64,000 nt of DNA from Vicugna vicugna (lineage: Eukaryota), in assembly GCA_013265495.1 (NCBI GenBank), contig MU058636.1, forward strand, positions 2,542,001-2,606,000, given 5' to 3'. Made by a program: the position numbers and the translations under genes. Position 1 is the stretch's first letter. Every line of letters starts with the position of its first letter. Shown here piece by piece: positions 51,631 to 64,000 of the stretch. Below the pieces are notes generated by a model, which saw only the letters and a program-made list of their open reading frames with translations, ran no database searches and was not told the DNA's origin.

Positions 51631-54376
51631 GTAAGTGGGGCAAGTGGGGCAAGTGGGGCAGAGGGGCTGGTGACACTGCTGTTCCCTGGAGGGTGCCCCT
51701 GGCCAGATAGGCCAGACCAGCAGATGGCGAATCAGCATGCGGGTGCAACAGGATTGCATTTTCTTTGTGTGTAAACTAGTATTTTGGGTTGATTACTTTA
51801 ATCTACCATTGTTGGGACTTTAAAAACAATCTACTGAAGAAAAAAAGCCTACTTGGCCTTACCATTTTCTCGTTTATGGGGAGTTAATGTGCCAGAAAAA
51901 GACTTTTAAATTCTAGAAAAAGACTTAACTCTAGAAAATGACTTATCCAGGGACTGAGTCCAGGAGCCTGTTGCTTCATGCATTCTGGGTAAGAAGCCAA
52001 AGAAAGGTCCAAAAAAGTGTGACTATGATACGCTGTCATTAGACATATTAGGCATTCAGTATTAGTGGAAAAATCATTTTAATCACTGGTGATTACTCGT
52101 AATGCCTTCGTATTGGCAGAGCACTTGACTGCATTTCTAAGAGTTAACTAAGCGACGTTAAAACTAGGAAAGCACAGCTGAGCTGCTTCAAGTCTGTGCC
52201 CAGGAAGGTCCCCAGGAGCTGAGATGATGGCACCCCGGGCCTGGTTCCTGAGACAGATGTTGTGGGCTTATCTTAAAGTGTGAATTAATCACCTCAGAGC
52301 AAGTCACAGCAGCCACTGAAGACCCCAGGGCGGCCCCATTCTCCTGAGCCTCTGCAGCCCAAACCCCATCTCAGCCTCATCAACTTCAAAGTCATGGTCA
52401 TTGGTTCTGAAGCCTTGACACCTCAGATGCTGGGATGGTAAGAATTTGCCAGAGGGCCAGGAAAATCTTAGAGGTTTTCGTGTGAAGAGCTGTTTTGAAG
52501 GGATTATAGTTGAATCAAGTTAGAACAAGAGATGGAGACGGTGAGAGAAGGGGAGAGGGAAGGGAAGAAGGAAGAGAGTTTGAGGATGGGATTGATTTCG
52601 TATTATGTTTTGCATTTCCTTTCTCCAGGCTGTGTTTTCTCTGTCCTCCGTTGGGTTTTACAGAGCTGGTGGGTGGAACATTTGTACCTCAACAGTTCTA
52701 AATTTTGGTCTACCTGGTTGTTCCTAAAAGTAATGCATGACATTTTCCTTTGTCTTGATGTGTTTGTAAGCATTTCTGAGAGGTTCTTTGATCGCTTGTT
52801 TTCCCAGAGGCGCTGTGTCTCAAGCCTACTTTCACATGGGAATCATTTTAGGAAAACCACTATAATTAGCGATTACATCATGGCACGGTACACGTCTCAG
52901 AATCTTCTCGTGACTATAATACAGAACTATTTGCAAATGTGTTACCCTTATTTTTAGACATGTGTGTGCATATTAACAGTCTGAAGATTTTTAAGTGATC
53001 ATTTTTAGTAGTGAAATTCCCAGGGGCATGGTTCTGTTTTAGAGGGAGCATGAATGATGAAAATTCTCATATGGTATGTATCTTTCCAAAGAAGGAGTTA
53101 AGATACCGATTTCTTAAAAAGAGAATTAACCTCAAGGTGAACTGAGCCGTGTCCCTATGGCAGCAGCTTTTGACAGAGGAGAGCTGACTGATCTGGACGG
53201 AATAATTCCAGGTGTGCTTGGGGCATTTCTTCTCACATGTGCTTCAGAGGGTTCTCCACAGGGACCCCCGAGCACCCACGGAGTCAAGAGCTGTTACGTG
53301 CCAGAGAAAATAACTCCTAGTTTAAAGACTTCGTTTGAAAAACAATGTTTACTCTATTCAGAACTGTTTCCTGTTTTCTGAAAACCAGCATGTCAGAGTC
53401 GATTTTTAATTATTTGCCACCTCACTATATATAAAATCTGTACTTACTGGTAAATCACAGAAGAACTTCGCACATCCATGTCTCAGTACCATTAACCATC
53501 TTGCTTACGCTTGTTAATGCATTTAATGTTGAGAAAACCTTTGTTCCTGTTCTTTAGTGGAGACATGATGCTTTGATGATAAGGATTAAGTAAAATATGA
53601 AGTTTAGAAGGGCTGAAGGGCCTTAGAGCAGATCCTGGGAGCAAACTTTGCTGGTTTAGCTCATGGAAACAGCCAACATGGTACCAGAATCTGTTCCTTT
53701 TTTGTTTCTTGTCTTGTCTCTCTTTAGAGACAACTTCAAGCCTAGTGTCACTCAGGACTCCTTTCAGGAATACCGCTGTGATAAGGGGTCGCACCGTGGT
53801 AAGTGGGCGCCTCCAAGTCTGAAACATGGTTATAATAAGGAACTGTTTGCAAATGTGCAACTCATGGTTTTAGTTCCTCACATGCCTATAAACAGTCTGA
53901 CTGTGTCCATGTGGCTGTGAATGCTGTATCGGGCACACTTTTAAGTGATTTGTCACACACACCTGCTAGTGTTTCCTGGGCTACCTTGGCTTGGCTGTGA
54001 CTCTTCCTGGGCTGTTCTCCTGGGACCTGAGGGGCCAGCAATGATGACTGTGGAGAGGGGAGGCCTGGGAGCCCCCTGAGTGTGGGTCTCAGCTGTTCCC
54101 TGTGGAATCTGCCCTCCACCCTGGGCTCAGGCTCATGCAACCCCGTGGGCAGGGGCTTCCCCAGGCAAGTGCCCTGGTGTGTCTTTTGACTTTTTCTACG
54201 AGGTTTTGGCCAATGGAACTGACACAGGGAAATGAATTGTCATTTTAGCATCGAGTCCACTTCTTCATTTCACTGCTGAGCAAAACTGAGATCAGATCGA
54301 CTTGTTCTCCGTCCTGGGATGGTCTTCTTCCTTTGTTTAGTTCTTAAAGCTGTCGTATGGGGTAAAGACTCACCCG

Positions 54377-54470
54377 TGACTGACTGACTGACTGACTGAC
54401 TGACTGACTGATTTATTTATTTATTTATTTATTTATTTATTCACTTACTTACTTACTTACTTACTTATTA
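54377..54470. repeat. Compound tetranucleotide repeat (TGAC)n(TTTA)n(TTAC)n
   Basis: Direct reading. Confidence 0.95.
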
Positions 54471-55198
54471 TTTTACACCTTGATTTTATTTTCTTTCATT
54501 TGGAGTGCATAGTATAAGTGATTTTTATTTTTTTTTATAACCAGTATACTGAAAATTAGATTTCCATCTCCACTGTTTGAGGAATTAAGTGAAGCTCTCA
54601 TTTTATTTATACATTTCCCAGGATGGAAAGTGGGTTAGTATGGCCAGGTGTGCACAATGATCGGCTAGACCAAAACTACAGGCTAAAAAACTGTTTTCTG
54701 CAGTGGGCTCTGTGCAGCCCCACACGTGTGTATGCCCTTCAGTATAAATCCTTGTATGTTCTTGTCCTTTTAGGCACAAGATACGTCTGGTTTTCTTTAT
54801 AGGCTGTTTCACCCATGACTTAAAGTCTTACTTTTCTACTAGTGAAGCAAATCTAAAAGTCGAGTTGCCTTGAGGGGCCCCTCAGGCCAAACCCCCCTCT
54901 CCCCACCACACCTCTTCCCAGGTGTGTGACAGTTCCAGGTGACAGGAGCTTCTTGTACTGGGAAGAAGCCGGCTATTGGCCGGGCAGCTCTCACAGTGAG
55001 GCAGTGCTCTGCATGGGTCCAGGCTGCCTCCCTGTAATTTCCTGCTGATGGCCCAGTTCTTCCAGATTAACGCACAAACTTTGTCCTCGCTGTGCCTCTG
55101 GAGACAGCCCTGGGCACCTCCCATCACTCCTGGACCAGTTCAGCACATGCAGATGATGAGGCTGGCCCATTTAGAATCTCAAATAAAACTTCAAATTA

Positions 55199-55332
55199 CA
55201 GTTCTCTCCAGGTATTGCAATAACCTATAATGAAAAAGAATATATATATGTATAACTGAATCACTTTTGGCTGTACACCAGAAACTAACACGACATTGTA
55301 AATCAACTATACTTCATTAAAAAAAAAAAACC
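55199..55332 (+). mobile_element. Short L1 3' tail
   Basis: gctgtacaccagaaactaacacgacattgtaaatcaactatacttc plus poly-A; TSD AACTTCAAATTA at 55187-55198 and 55333-55344. Confidence 0.88.
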
Positions 55333-56399
55333 AACTTCAAATTATACTAGGTAGCCACTTCCAGCTTTTTTAAGATAGAAAGTGAGCATGAGAAAAGTAA
55401 TTCTTTAACTTAAAACTCAAATTTAAACTTAAAATCATAGTGTTTGAGCAGGTCTGACCCAGTGTATAGCTCATTTTTTAGTAGTTTTCAGAGAAGGAGG
55501 AAAAAACCTCTAATATGCTTTAGGCAATAGAAACTTTGAGAAAAACAATTACTGTGGAATTTAGCGTTGGTCTCATACTATAGCCTGAAGTCTACCTGGT
55601 TGTCAGATTTCTCAGCAGTTAGGTTTGTGGACTTGATTTTCCCAGTGGGTGAGAAGGTGTAATTTAGAGTTAAAACCTTGGGCGAGTGGGGGTGCGGGGC
55701 CGGGGGAATAGGAAGACTTAAGGTTTCATGAATTAATCATTAATGAAAATAGATCATATCACCCAAGGATAGAATAATTTATGTGGAGGTTCATTTCTCA
55801 CTGTGGATATGAACTCACTCATCGCTCCTGACCTCCTGGAGTGCAAGGAACTGAAAATATCTGTTAGGGAAGAGCATGAAGAAGGCGGCATTTGCAGCTG
55901 TCCTTTCTAATTTCTCCTCCCCGTCTTCTCAGATCCCCTCATGTTTTCTCTGCGGGATGAGCTGAGACCAGAAGGCATGGGACAGAAGATTTGAAAAGAG
56001 AAATAAAAAAGAAATCTGCAGGGTTTCCTTCTTGTTCCTTTTTCTGCTGCGGGGAAGTAGTCGAATGTTCTAGAAGGAGGAGCAGCGCTGGGGATGTGGA
56101 CAGAGAAACTGACACTTGTGTGAATAATCACGGCGCGAGGCTAGCTGTGCCCGCAGCCTCAAAGACGACCCAGAGTGGGACGGAAGCGCATGCGTGGAGG
56201 TGGAGGGTTCATTTCTGATGTGGGTGGTCGGGAGTTTCTCAGAAGGGTGGTGAGCTGGGCAGTATTTTGGGAGGCAGAGATGGGCTCTATCTGGGTGGTC
56301 TTTTGGGAGGCACGGTTGATACATCCAGAAGCCCTCCTGAACTCAGTGGTTGTCGTTTCCGGCAGCCTGCCAGGCCATCACGGCCGGGTCCGGTGTCTG

Positions 56400-57550
56400 A
56401 GCCGCCCAGGCTCAGTCCTCAGAGCGCTCTGTTCCAGTCCTTTGGTCTCCCCTTGGTCATCCTGTCCACAGGTTCAGCTCTTGGCGCTTTGGACATGATT
56501 CCATATCCACATCTCCAGCCCCCACGGCCCTCTGGAACCGCTCACCTACGTGTCTGGTGACCTGCCACGTATCTCCAGCTGCATGGCTCAGATCACCTCA
56601 AACGAAACATTTCCCCCAAAACGAATCTTTCATTGTCTTCCAAACGGATGCCTTCTCTGGAAGTTGCTCTGTCATTTAATGATGTCTGTGATCTCCTGGC
56701 CACGGAGGCTGGGATTTTAGAATCAGCAGTACCTCTTACCTTTTTTCCCCTTCCTTTGTATTCAGTGATCAGCTCGAATTGATTCTCCCTGGCAGTTAAC
56801 TCCAACCTCTATCTTCTCTCCTCATCATCTGCTTACATCAGTGTCACCTAAACTCTTCCCTGTACGTCTTCGCTCTCTGATCCACAGGGTACGGGGTCCT
56901 AGGTCGTCTCCCTCCCAAGCCTGGTTTGACGCTCCGTGGCGCCCCCTGCGCTCTCTTCAGCTGTTTGCTGGGAGTCCCGGGTCCTAGGTGACCTGCTCAG
57001 CCCCCTCCTCACCTTTCCCTCATGCCGGCCCCTGACGTATACCCTCAGCGAGACCACCAGAGGTGTTCACATTCTTCTCAGAGGGCTTCGTGCTTTCCTG
57101 CCTTTGGGTCTTGGTTTAAACCATTCATTTCTAGAATGCTCTCCTCTCCCCACAGATCTCTCTGTAGATTCGGTCATTTTCAGGTGAGATTCAGATACCA
57201 CTTCCTCTGAAAAGCCTCCTTCCTTCCTTCCTCCCTTCCTTCCTTCCTTCCTTTTTTGGTGGGGAGGTAATTAGGTTTGTTTATTTATTTAATGGAGTTT
57301 AACGGAGGCACTGGGGATTGATCCCAGGACCTTGCGCAGGCTAAGCACACGCCACCGCCGAGCTGTGTCCTCCCCCCTCAGAGGCCTTCTTCCACCTGTG
57401 AGCCTGACGTGCCCCTTTCTCCCAGGAGCTCCTACGGCCCCTTGCTGTGTCGCTTCTGTGGTTTGCCACGTACGGCCGCCTCGCAGTTACCGTGTTCCCG
57501 TGTCCTGCCGCCCCCGTGGGCTGTAAGCTCTCTGAGGGAGGGGGTTGTAG
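56400..57550 (+). mobile_element. L2, interrupted by a SINE
   Basis: cagatcacctcaaacgaaacatttcccccaaaacgaa; tagaatgctctcctctcccc; gctgtaagctctctgaggg. Confidence 0.6.
57215..57377 (-). mobile_element. Vic-1-type SINE with (CCTT)n-expanded tail
   Basis: ggggaggtaattaggtttgtttatttattt...ggcactggggattgatcccaggacc is the reverse complement of the same SINE family. Confidence 0.85.
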
Positions 57551-59447
57551 CTCTTAATAATTTTAGCACGCCTCACAGCAGCAGAATTCCAGGAGAAATG
57601 CTCTCCCAGCCTCCCGGTGGAAGTCCTTTCTCCCATGTCAGCGTCTGCAGCGAGAGAGGCTGCCAGGGGGGCCGGGCGCCTGCAGGGCGTTCCGTAGCCG
57701 GAGCGCGCCTTCACTGCATCACGGCCGTCACGGGTCGCAACAGCAGGTGAGGTCCATCACTGTGGTCTTCACGCTTTTCAGAATTAGCTTAGTTATCTCT
57801 AAAATGCTGCTTCTGTTGACTGTGTACCCCTAGAGGTAATTTATATATCTCGAAGGGTAGAAAAGATAATAGGTCATTTGTAGTAGAAATATATTCAGAG
57901 GAAAATCGTCATGCAGGCTGTCCTGATAGTCTCACAGATGTCAAGTGGCCTTTGTCACTCCCTGCACAGAGATGGCCGTTTTAAAGGAGTTGGGCTGCAG
58001 CCCTGCTATTGAGGCTTTTCATGAGAGACCTTCAAAGTGTCCAAAATTAGGCATCTCAACTTAGAGAGATTGGATATTCTCATTAAGTTCTAGCATTTTA
58101 GTTCTCATTTTGATGCATAAAATAAGTAAGTAGATGTTCTTCATTGAATAGAATTTGGGTTCTGGAGACAATGATCTGAAGTGGAAAAATCCTTTTTTGG
58201 AAGGTTAATCAGTGACAGTGAGGGTTAATATGAAAGCTTTCTGCAATGTTAACTTCAGCATTTACGCTTATGAATACCATAAAATACATTTCTGTATGTA
58301 GCTCGTTTCATTTTCTGTATCTGACGTGCATTCTAAGTAAGATCAGAGTCGACGTGAAGCATTATTAATAACTCCTACTGAAACAGCCGTTCACCTGTCT
58401 CAGGTTCCATTGGCAAAGAGGGAGTCATTTTTTATTCATGGAAAAAGGAGCTGAAAGGGACTAGTGAGGTCAAGTTTCAGAGAAGCTATTGCCTGTTTGA
58501 GATTAAGCCTTATTGATATCCTTGCACATTCCTTTTCAGAACGCTGGGACATTGATCACGTCTGCCCAGAGATGAGAATAGAGTGTAAAAGTGTTTTGTT
58601 TTTAAGAAAGCTGACCATTTATGGCTGAAAGTTTAAGATAAGTGGAAATTGAGGGGGATAATATGTTTAATTATAGGAAAAATAATGTGTCGTTGAACTG
58701 CCTCATTTCAGTGCTGGGGCTGCTGTGGCCAGGATGCCTTGTGAAGTTAAACCCAGGGGGCAGGTGGGAGTGTTCAAGGACATCCCTGCAGGGAGCTGCT
58801 AGTGTCGCTGTGGGTGGAGACGGCACGGCGTTGGGTGGGCAGGGGCTGGGGGGAGGGACCTGAAGGATGGAGCATCTTACCCTCCTGACGGGGGGATGAG
58901 GGCAGACCCCACACCCCTCAAGTCTTCTCCTGGGTGTCTCAGTACCGCTGCATTTTATCTTCAGAACTGATTATTCCACACTGGTTTTAAGTAATGACAG
59001 TGTTCTGTACTTGCTGTAAAATAATCCAGGAAAGGAAAAAAAAAAAACTGGGAGAGGGCAGCATAGATGAGAAAAAATAAGCAAATTTTTGATCATCCTT
59101 GAAGCTGGGTGATGGAACTCTGAGGGCTCACACACTATGTACTTGACTTTTTTTGGTATGTTTGAAAAGTCCATAAAAGAAGGTTGGCGTTCCATCTTCT
59201 CTCTGCGTTGGCTTTCATTTCGAGGACTGTGGTCTTGGGAGGCACACGGCTGGGTCTGCATCTCGCCTCCGCCGCTCGCGGGCTCTGTGACTTGGGGCCG
59301 GTTGCTGTCTCTCTCTGTGCCTGTGCTTCCTCACTGTGAGATAACAACGATGTTGCTACGAGCAAATGAAAGTAATGTCAGAAGCCATCGTAGGACGGGC
59401 GGGCACAGTGAAATGGAATTGGTATATGCGAACAGGGCCTTGCACAG

Positions 59448-59471
59448 TAATAATAATAATAATAATAATAA

Positions 59472-59535
<64 letters not shown>
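59448..59535. repeat. (TAA)8 joined head-to-head to (ATT)n, following a MIR remnant
   Basis: Direct reading. Confidence 0.95.
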
Positions 59536-60544
59536 TCTGTGGCTGGTCCCATGCATTTGTCGTGTGCATAAAGTTCTCTGTTGAGAAGATGTAAAATTTC
59601 AGTTGGAAAAACGCCACGATGGATTAACTGTGTCTGGCATGGGGTAAGAAAACTGGTAGTGATATCGTCTAAATCAGAGATGACATTCATCCCATTTCAG
59701 AATTTTCATAATCGCTTCTCTCCTCCACGGTGGGTACCTTCCTGTGCGTTTAACTAAAACATGCCATGTATGAAACAGGAAGGCAGCAGGTCTAGAAGCT
59801 TCGATTTTCACAGGAGCCTATTACTTTTGGACTATAAGCTTGTGGTTGTTTGGCTGTTTATAAAACATAGGCAGGGAAGTCATGTTTTGATTTCTTTATC
59901 TGAAAGGGCTCTGTCATGCCCTTTGTGTGTTATCATTTAAGAGAATACATTCAGTTGGGCTCCCTTTAAATGAAACATATTTATGCAAGGTGACTAATAC
60001 ATAGCACATTAATCCGAGCTGATGGCTTTTAATACCTCTGCTCAAAATAGAAACTACGAGTTGGATCTGATTTTATTTCTGTGCCTCTCATGTCTGCAGG
60101 AAAAAATGGGAACATTTGATTTTGCAACAGGTAAAGGGCTTCACACAGCTTCTCATTTTGCCCGAGCCTAATTTCCATTGTGCAAGGATTTTACTTTGTC
60201 GAATATCCCAACCCGATTTGGGTGGGTGAGGAAGAGAGAACAGTGGTAACAAAAGCCAAAATAAGCTGCTGATTTTCTTGGGAAATTAGGAAGTCAGACA
60301 CATGCCACTGATGGATTTAAATGTCTATTTCCCTGGAATCCGTAATTATGTCATTTAAAGTATTCTTTGTAAGGAAAAAAAATGGAATCACTTTCACTGA
60401 ATCTTGCTGTTAGTTTCCCCAGTTATTCCCACACGTTCAGTTCTTTCCTTTTGTCCCTTTCTTTGCTTTCTTTATACACATGCCATCAGAGCTTGGTTCT
60501 TCTGAGTGTTATTTGGCATTGCCTGTAAGTGAAAATGTTTTCTT

Positions 60545-60615
60545 TTTATCTATTCATTTTTATTGAAGTACAGTCAATTTACAATGTTGTGTTGGTCTCT
60601 AGTGGACAGCATGAT
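60545..60615 (-). mobile_element. Very short L1 3' tip
   Basis: tttttattgaagtacagtcaatttacaatgttgtgttggtctctagtggacagc. Confidence 0.7.
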
Positions 60616-62184
60616 AATATTTTCTTTATTGCTTAAGTGACGTCTAGTTTTTCCATCTTGAAACAAATATGTGAGCAAACCTGTTAGAAATCACATTGCC
60701 AATCAGCAGGTTTCTAGGTGCTGTATTCCAGCATGTTCTAGCTCATTCAAGATATGTAATGAAGAAAGGATACTTTGAACTATGAACTAAGATAAGAAAT
60801 ATGCCACACTTGCATGCATAAGATATAATAAAATCAGTATTTGGGTAATGGAATGATCTTTGGGAAAGTCAGTTAACTTCACTGGACTCAGATTTTTTTA
60901 TTATTAAAATTGGAAGGGATGGAATTAAATAAATTGTCCACTTTTGGCACTCAAGAGCTGGAATCCTGTGACTGTATTCTGTAAGAGTATGAAATAATTT
61001 ATGGTTTGTAAGTGGTGAATAATCAGAATTGTATTTGAGAAAAATTAATATGATAATGTAAGTGATTTAGTTTGGAGAAGAAAGAGGGTGAGAGAACTTA
61101 GTTCTGCCAAAATTAGGGATTCTTTTCTTCTTGGCTTGACCTTATTTTGTTATTTTTTTTCCTGTCACCTGATACGGAAATTTCAAGACACTAGCAGACA
61201 AAGAACAGCTCAGAGGTTTTGCTGCCCTGATTTTATTCTATAAAATACAGGACTGTAGGATTCTTGGACCTCACCTTCTTGCCCCTGCCCTTTGCCTAGT
61301 GCTGGGCATCTTAGGTTATTGGTCCAGTATCAGAACAGAGACGGGGAGGTGCATAGCTTCTAGACTCAGACTGACTTCTCCCAGGAACTTTGCCAACAGA
61401 ACGTGCTCACTTGTATCACTGTAATACACAGACTTTCTTCTGGGAAGGTTTATAAAGATCCTTGCAGTGTCTTCCTTAAGGCAGCAGAGGGGGTCCCAGA
61501 TTGATAATTCCTTTTGCTTTCAGTGAGATAGAAAATAAGTTACATGATGATGTCAGAGGGTTCTTTGGCTCCCGTAACAGGCAGCAACTGGGAGGTGAGG
61601 GTCGTTGGGCTGGAAGTAAGCATCAACCGTGGGCATGGAAAGAAAGGGCCAAATGGGAAAGAGTCAGAACTGACAGGACAAGAGCACCTGAGAGGGTGGG
61701 GTGACTGGAAGGGTGAGAGGACCACTCACAGGACTAGGGGTTTGAGAGGAGAGGTGAGTTTGTGGGGCTCTAGTCATGTTGAGTTCCCAGAAAGGCATTC
61801 ATGTAAGTACATCCAGCCAGTTTACAGAAATGCTGGACTGAAATTCAGGAGAGCATCTGTGGATGATAGATGATGTTTGGAGCCATAACTGACATCGCTG
61901 GGGGAGGACAAGTACGATGGGGTGGGGAGGAGGGATGTCAGAAGACTCTGCAGGGCATGCCTATCTAGGTCGGAAGCAGGGTGGACACAACCAGAGAAGG
62001 TGTGGTCAGCGAGGAGCGGGGAGCACCCAGAAAGCCCAGGGAGGGAGAGCTTGATGGATGCAAGGTCAGTCAGTGCTATCTGTGCTGCAGAGGTGGATGA
62101 TTCAATATTGAGAAAGGTGGGCCTGCAGACTTAGTGAGGAGGAGGTCACTGGTGGCTTGGAAGTTAGTGTGAACACAATGCATG

Positions 62185-63035
62185 AATGCAAATCAAAACT
62201 ACAGTGAGGTATCACTTCACACCAGTCAGAATGGCCATCATTAAAAAGTCCACAACAGATAAACGCTGAAGAGGGTGTGAAGAAAAGGGAACATTGTTGG
62301 TGGGAATGTACTTTGGTGCAACCATTATGGAAAGCAGTATGGAGATTCCTCAGAAAACTAAAAATACGCTTACCCTATGATCCAGCAATCCCACTCCTGG
62401 GTATAGACCCAGAGGGAACTCTAATTTGAAAGGACATCTGCACCCCAATGTTCATAGCAGCACTATATACAATAGACAAGACATGGAAACAACCTAAATG
62501 TCCATCAACAGATGACTGGACAAAGAAGATGTGGTATGTTTATACAATGGAATACTGCTTGGCCATAAAAAAGAATAAAATAATGCCATCTGCTGCAACA
62601 CGGATGGACCTGGAGATTGTCATTCGAAGTGAAGTAAGCCAGAAAGAGAAAGAAAAATGCCATATGATACCACTCGTATGTGGAGTCTAAAAAAAACAAA
62701 AACACAGACACAGATGAACCTATTTACAAAGCAGAAACAGACACACAGGCATAGAAAACAAATTTATGGCTACCAATGGGGGAAGGGGGTGGGAAGGGAT
62801 AAATTGGGAGTTCAAGATTTGCAGACACTAACTACTATATATAAATAAAAATAAACAAGTTTCTACTGTATAGCATAGGGAACTATATTCAATATCTTGT
62901 ATCATGAAAAAGAATGTATAAAGGAATATATGTATGTATATGTATGACTGAAACATTACGCTGTACATTGGAAATGGACACATTGTAAACTGACTACACT
63001 CCAAAAAAAAGAACAACAATAAAAATAATTGTGAC
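62185..63035 (+). mobile_element. 5'-truncated lineage-specific L1 inserted in an L2 (L2 about 61700-63700, - strand)
   Basis: ORF 62448-62690 MFIAALYTIDKTWKQPKCPSTDDW...MEY is the L1 ORF2 C-terminus; 3' UTR and A-rich tail; TSD-like aatgcatgaa / aatgcacgaa. Confidence 0.92.
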
Positions 63036-64000
63036 AAAAATGCACGAAGGCAGAAATCAGGTTACAAGAGGGTAAGGGAGGTGAAGGTAAAGAATATAGA
63101 TTAATGTTAAGAATTTTGGTGGAGGATAGGGAAAAGGCGGTGGCTCAGCAGAGGAGCAGGGCAAGTTGTTTTGTGTTTGGTTTGATTTTTTTTCCCTTAG
63201 CATACACAAGGGTGCTTATGATCTGAGAAGAGGTATCCAGTAGTAAGGAGGACTGAAGATGAGATGAAAGTAAGTGCATATGATAGATGGAGCAATTCCT
63301 GGAGCAAAGAGGAGGAATGCTGTCAAATGCAAGTGGAGAGGGTGACCAGGAAGACAGAAAGAAAGGGATAAAGGATGAGTGTAGAGAAATGTTGGGCAGA
63401 AGGAAAGGAGTTTCAAGTTCACATGAGGTTCTTTATTTGTCCCAGGTAATTAAAAAGTAGGGTTTTTCGCAAAGAGCAAACATGACAGAGTTGGGATTTC
63501 ATAAAGTAAAAAGGGATGTAATGGTTATCTGGAGAGATGCAGTGAGTCAGAAAGAGGTGAAGGGAGAATTTGGAGAGTTGCATGAAGGCCAGAGTGAAGT
63601 TGGAGAACATGATTTTATACTGGAGACAATACCAGATTTTAGGACTGTGCCCAGTGATGTGGTGAATTACATTCTCCCCTGTTGTCCCTGTTGCTGTGAG
63701 TTAGAGCAATTCAAATTCTAGGGTGGGTATATCATGTCCCAGGGGCTTTGAGTCAACTGATACTTAAATGCAACTCCACGGAAGCAGAGGTGCTGGTTGA
63801 AGAGGGAGGTAGAGAGTCCCAAGCCTTCTCCACCTTTCCCGCATCCCATTCCAACCCCAGAGAAATTCCATGAAGCATAACAGAAATCACTGGTTTTGTG
63901 GTAAATATGTCTAGTTGGCTCAAGAACTGGAGATGGAATTCACTGTTACAGGCAAAAGGGTAAAATTCCCTTCTAAAATATAAATTTCTAATTATCGTTG

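Noticed and set aside
59137..59690. ORFs with poly-Asn, poly-Ile or poly-Leu
   Set aside because: Translations of the (AAT)/(ATT) microsatellite.
62448..62690. ORFs resembling L1 ORF2 (also 2953-3141)
   Set aside because: Short, 5'-truncated, interrupted L1 relics; not host genes or active elements.
1..64000. CRISPR array, prokaryotic, viral or synthetic insert
   Set aside because: No regularly spaced repeat-spacer array, operon-like ORF density, retroviral coding region or vector-like segment was seen.

Overview
Mammalian genomic DNA, very probably camelid, judging by three tRNA-derived Vic-1-type SINEs and many camelid-type L1 3' ends. The window is mostly intron of MTUS2 (TIP150/CAZIP, microtubule-associated scaffold protein 2) on the + strand. 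Three coding exons can be read with canonical splice sites: a very large first coding exon (21015-23466, ATG at 21256), a 241-nt exon (27768-28008) and a 198-nt exon (51433-51630). The main anomaly is an in-frame TAG at 51441-51443 in the third coding exon, where I recall the orthologue having Lys (D-L-K-K-A-S-S-S). It would truncate the long isoform at 820 aa; the rest of that exon is intact and conserved. Other points of interest are uORFs in the 5' leader, a G-quadruplex/tandem-donor array after that exon, a templated 63-bp inverted insertion inside an L1, a twin-primed L1, a probable gene-conversion tract, nested transposons and a perfect AT palindrome. The rest is ordinary repeat-rich intron. 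I found no prokaryotic, CRISPR or otherwise foreign system. Orthologue comparisons and repeat family names are from memory, not from searches, and repeat boundaries are approximate.
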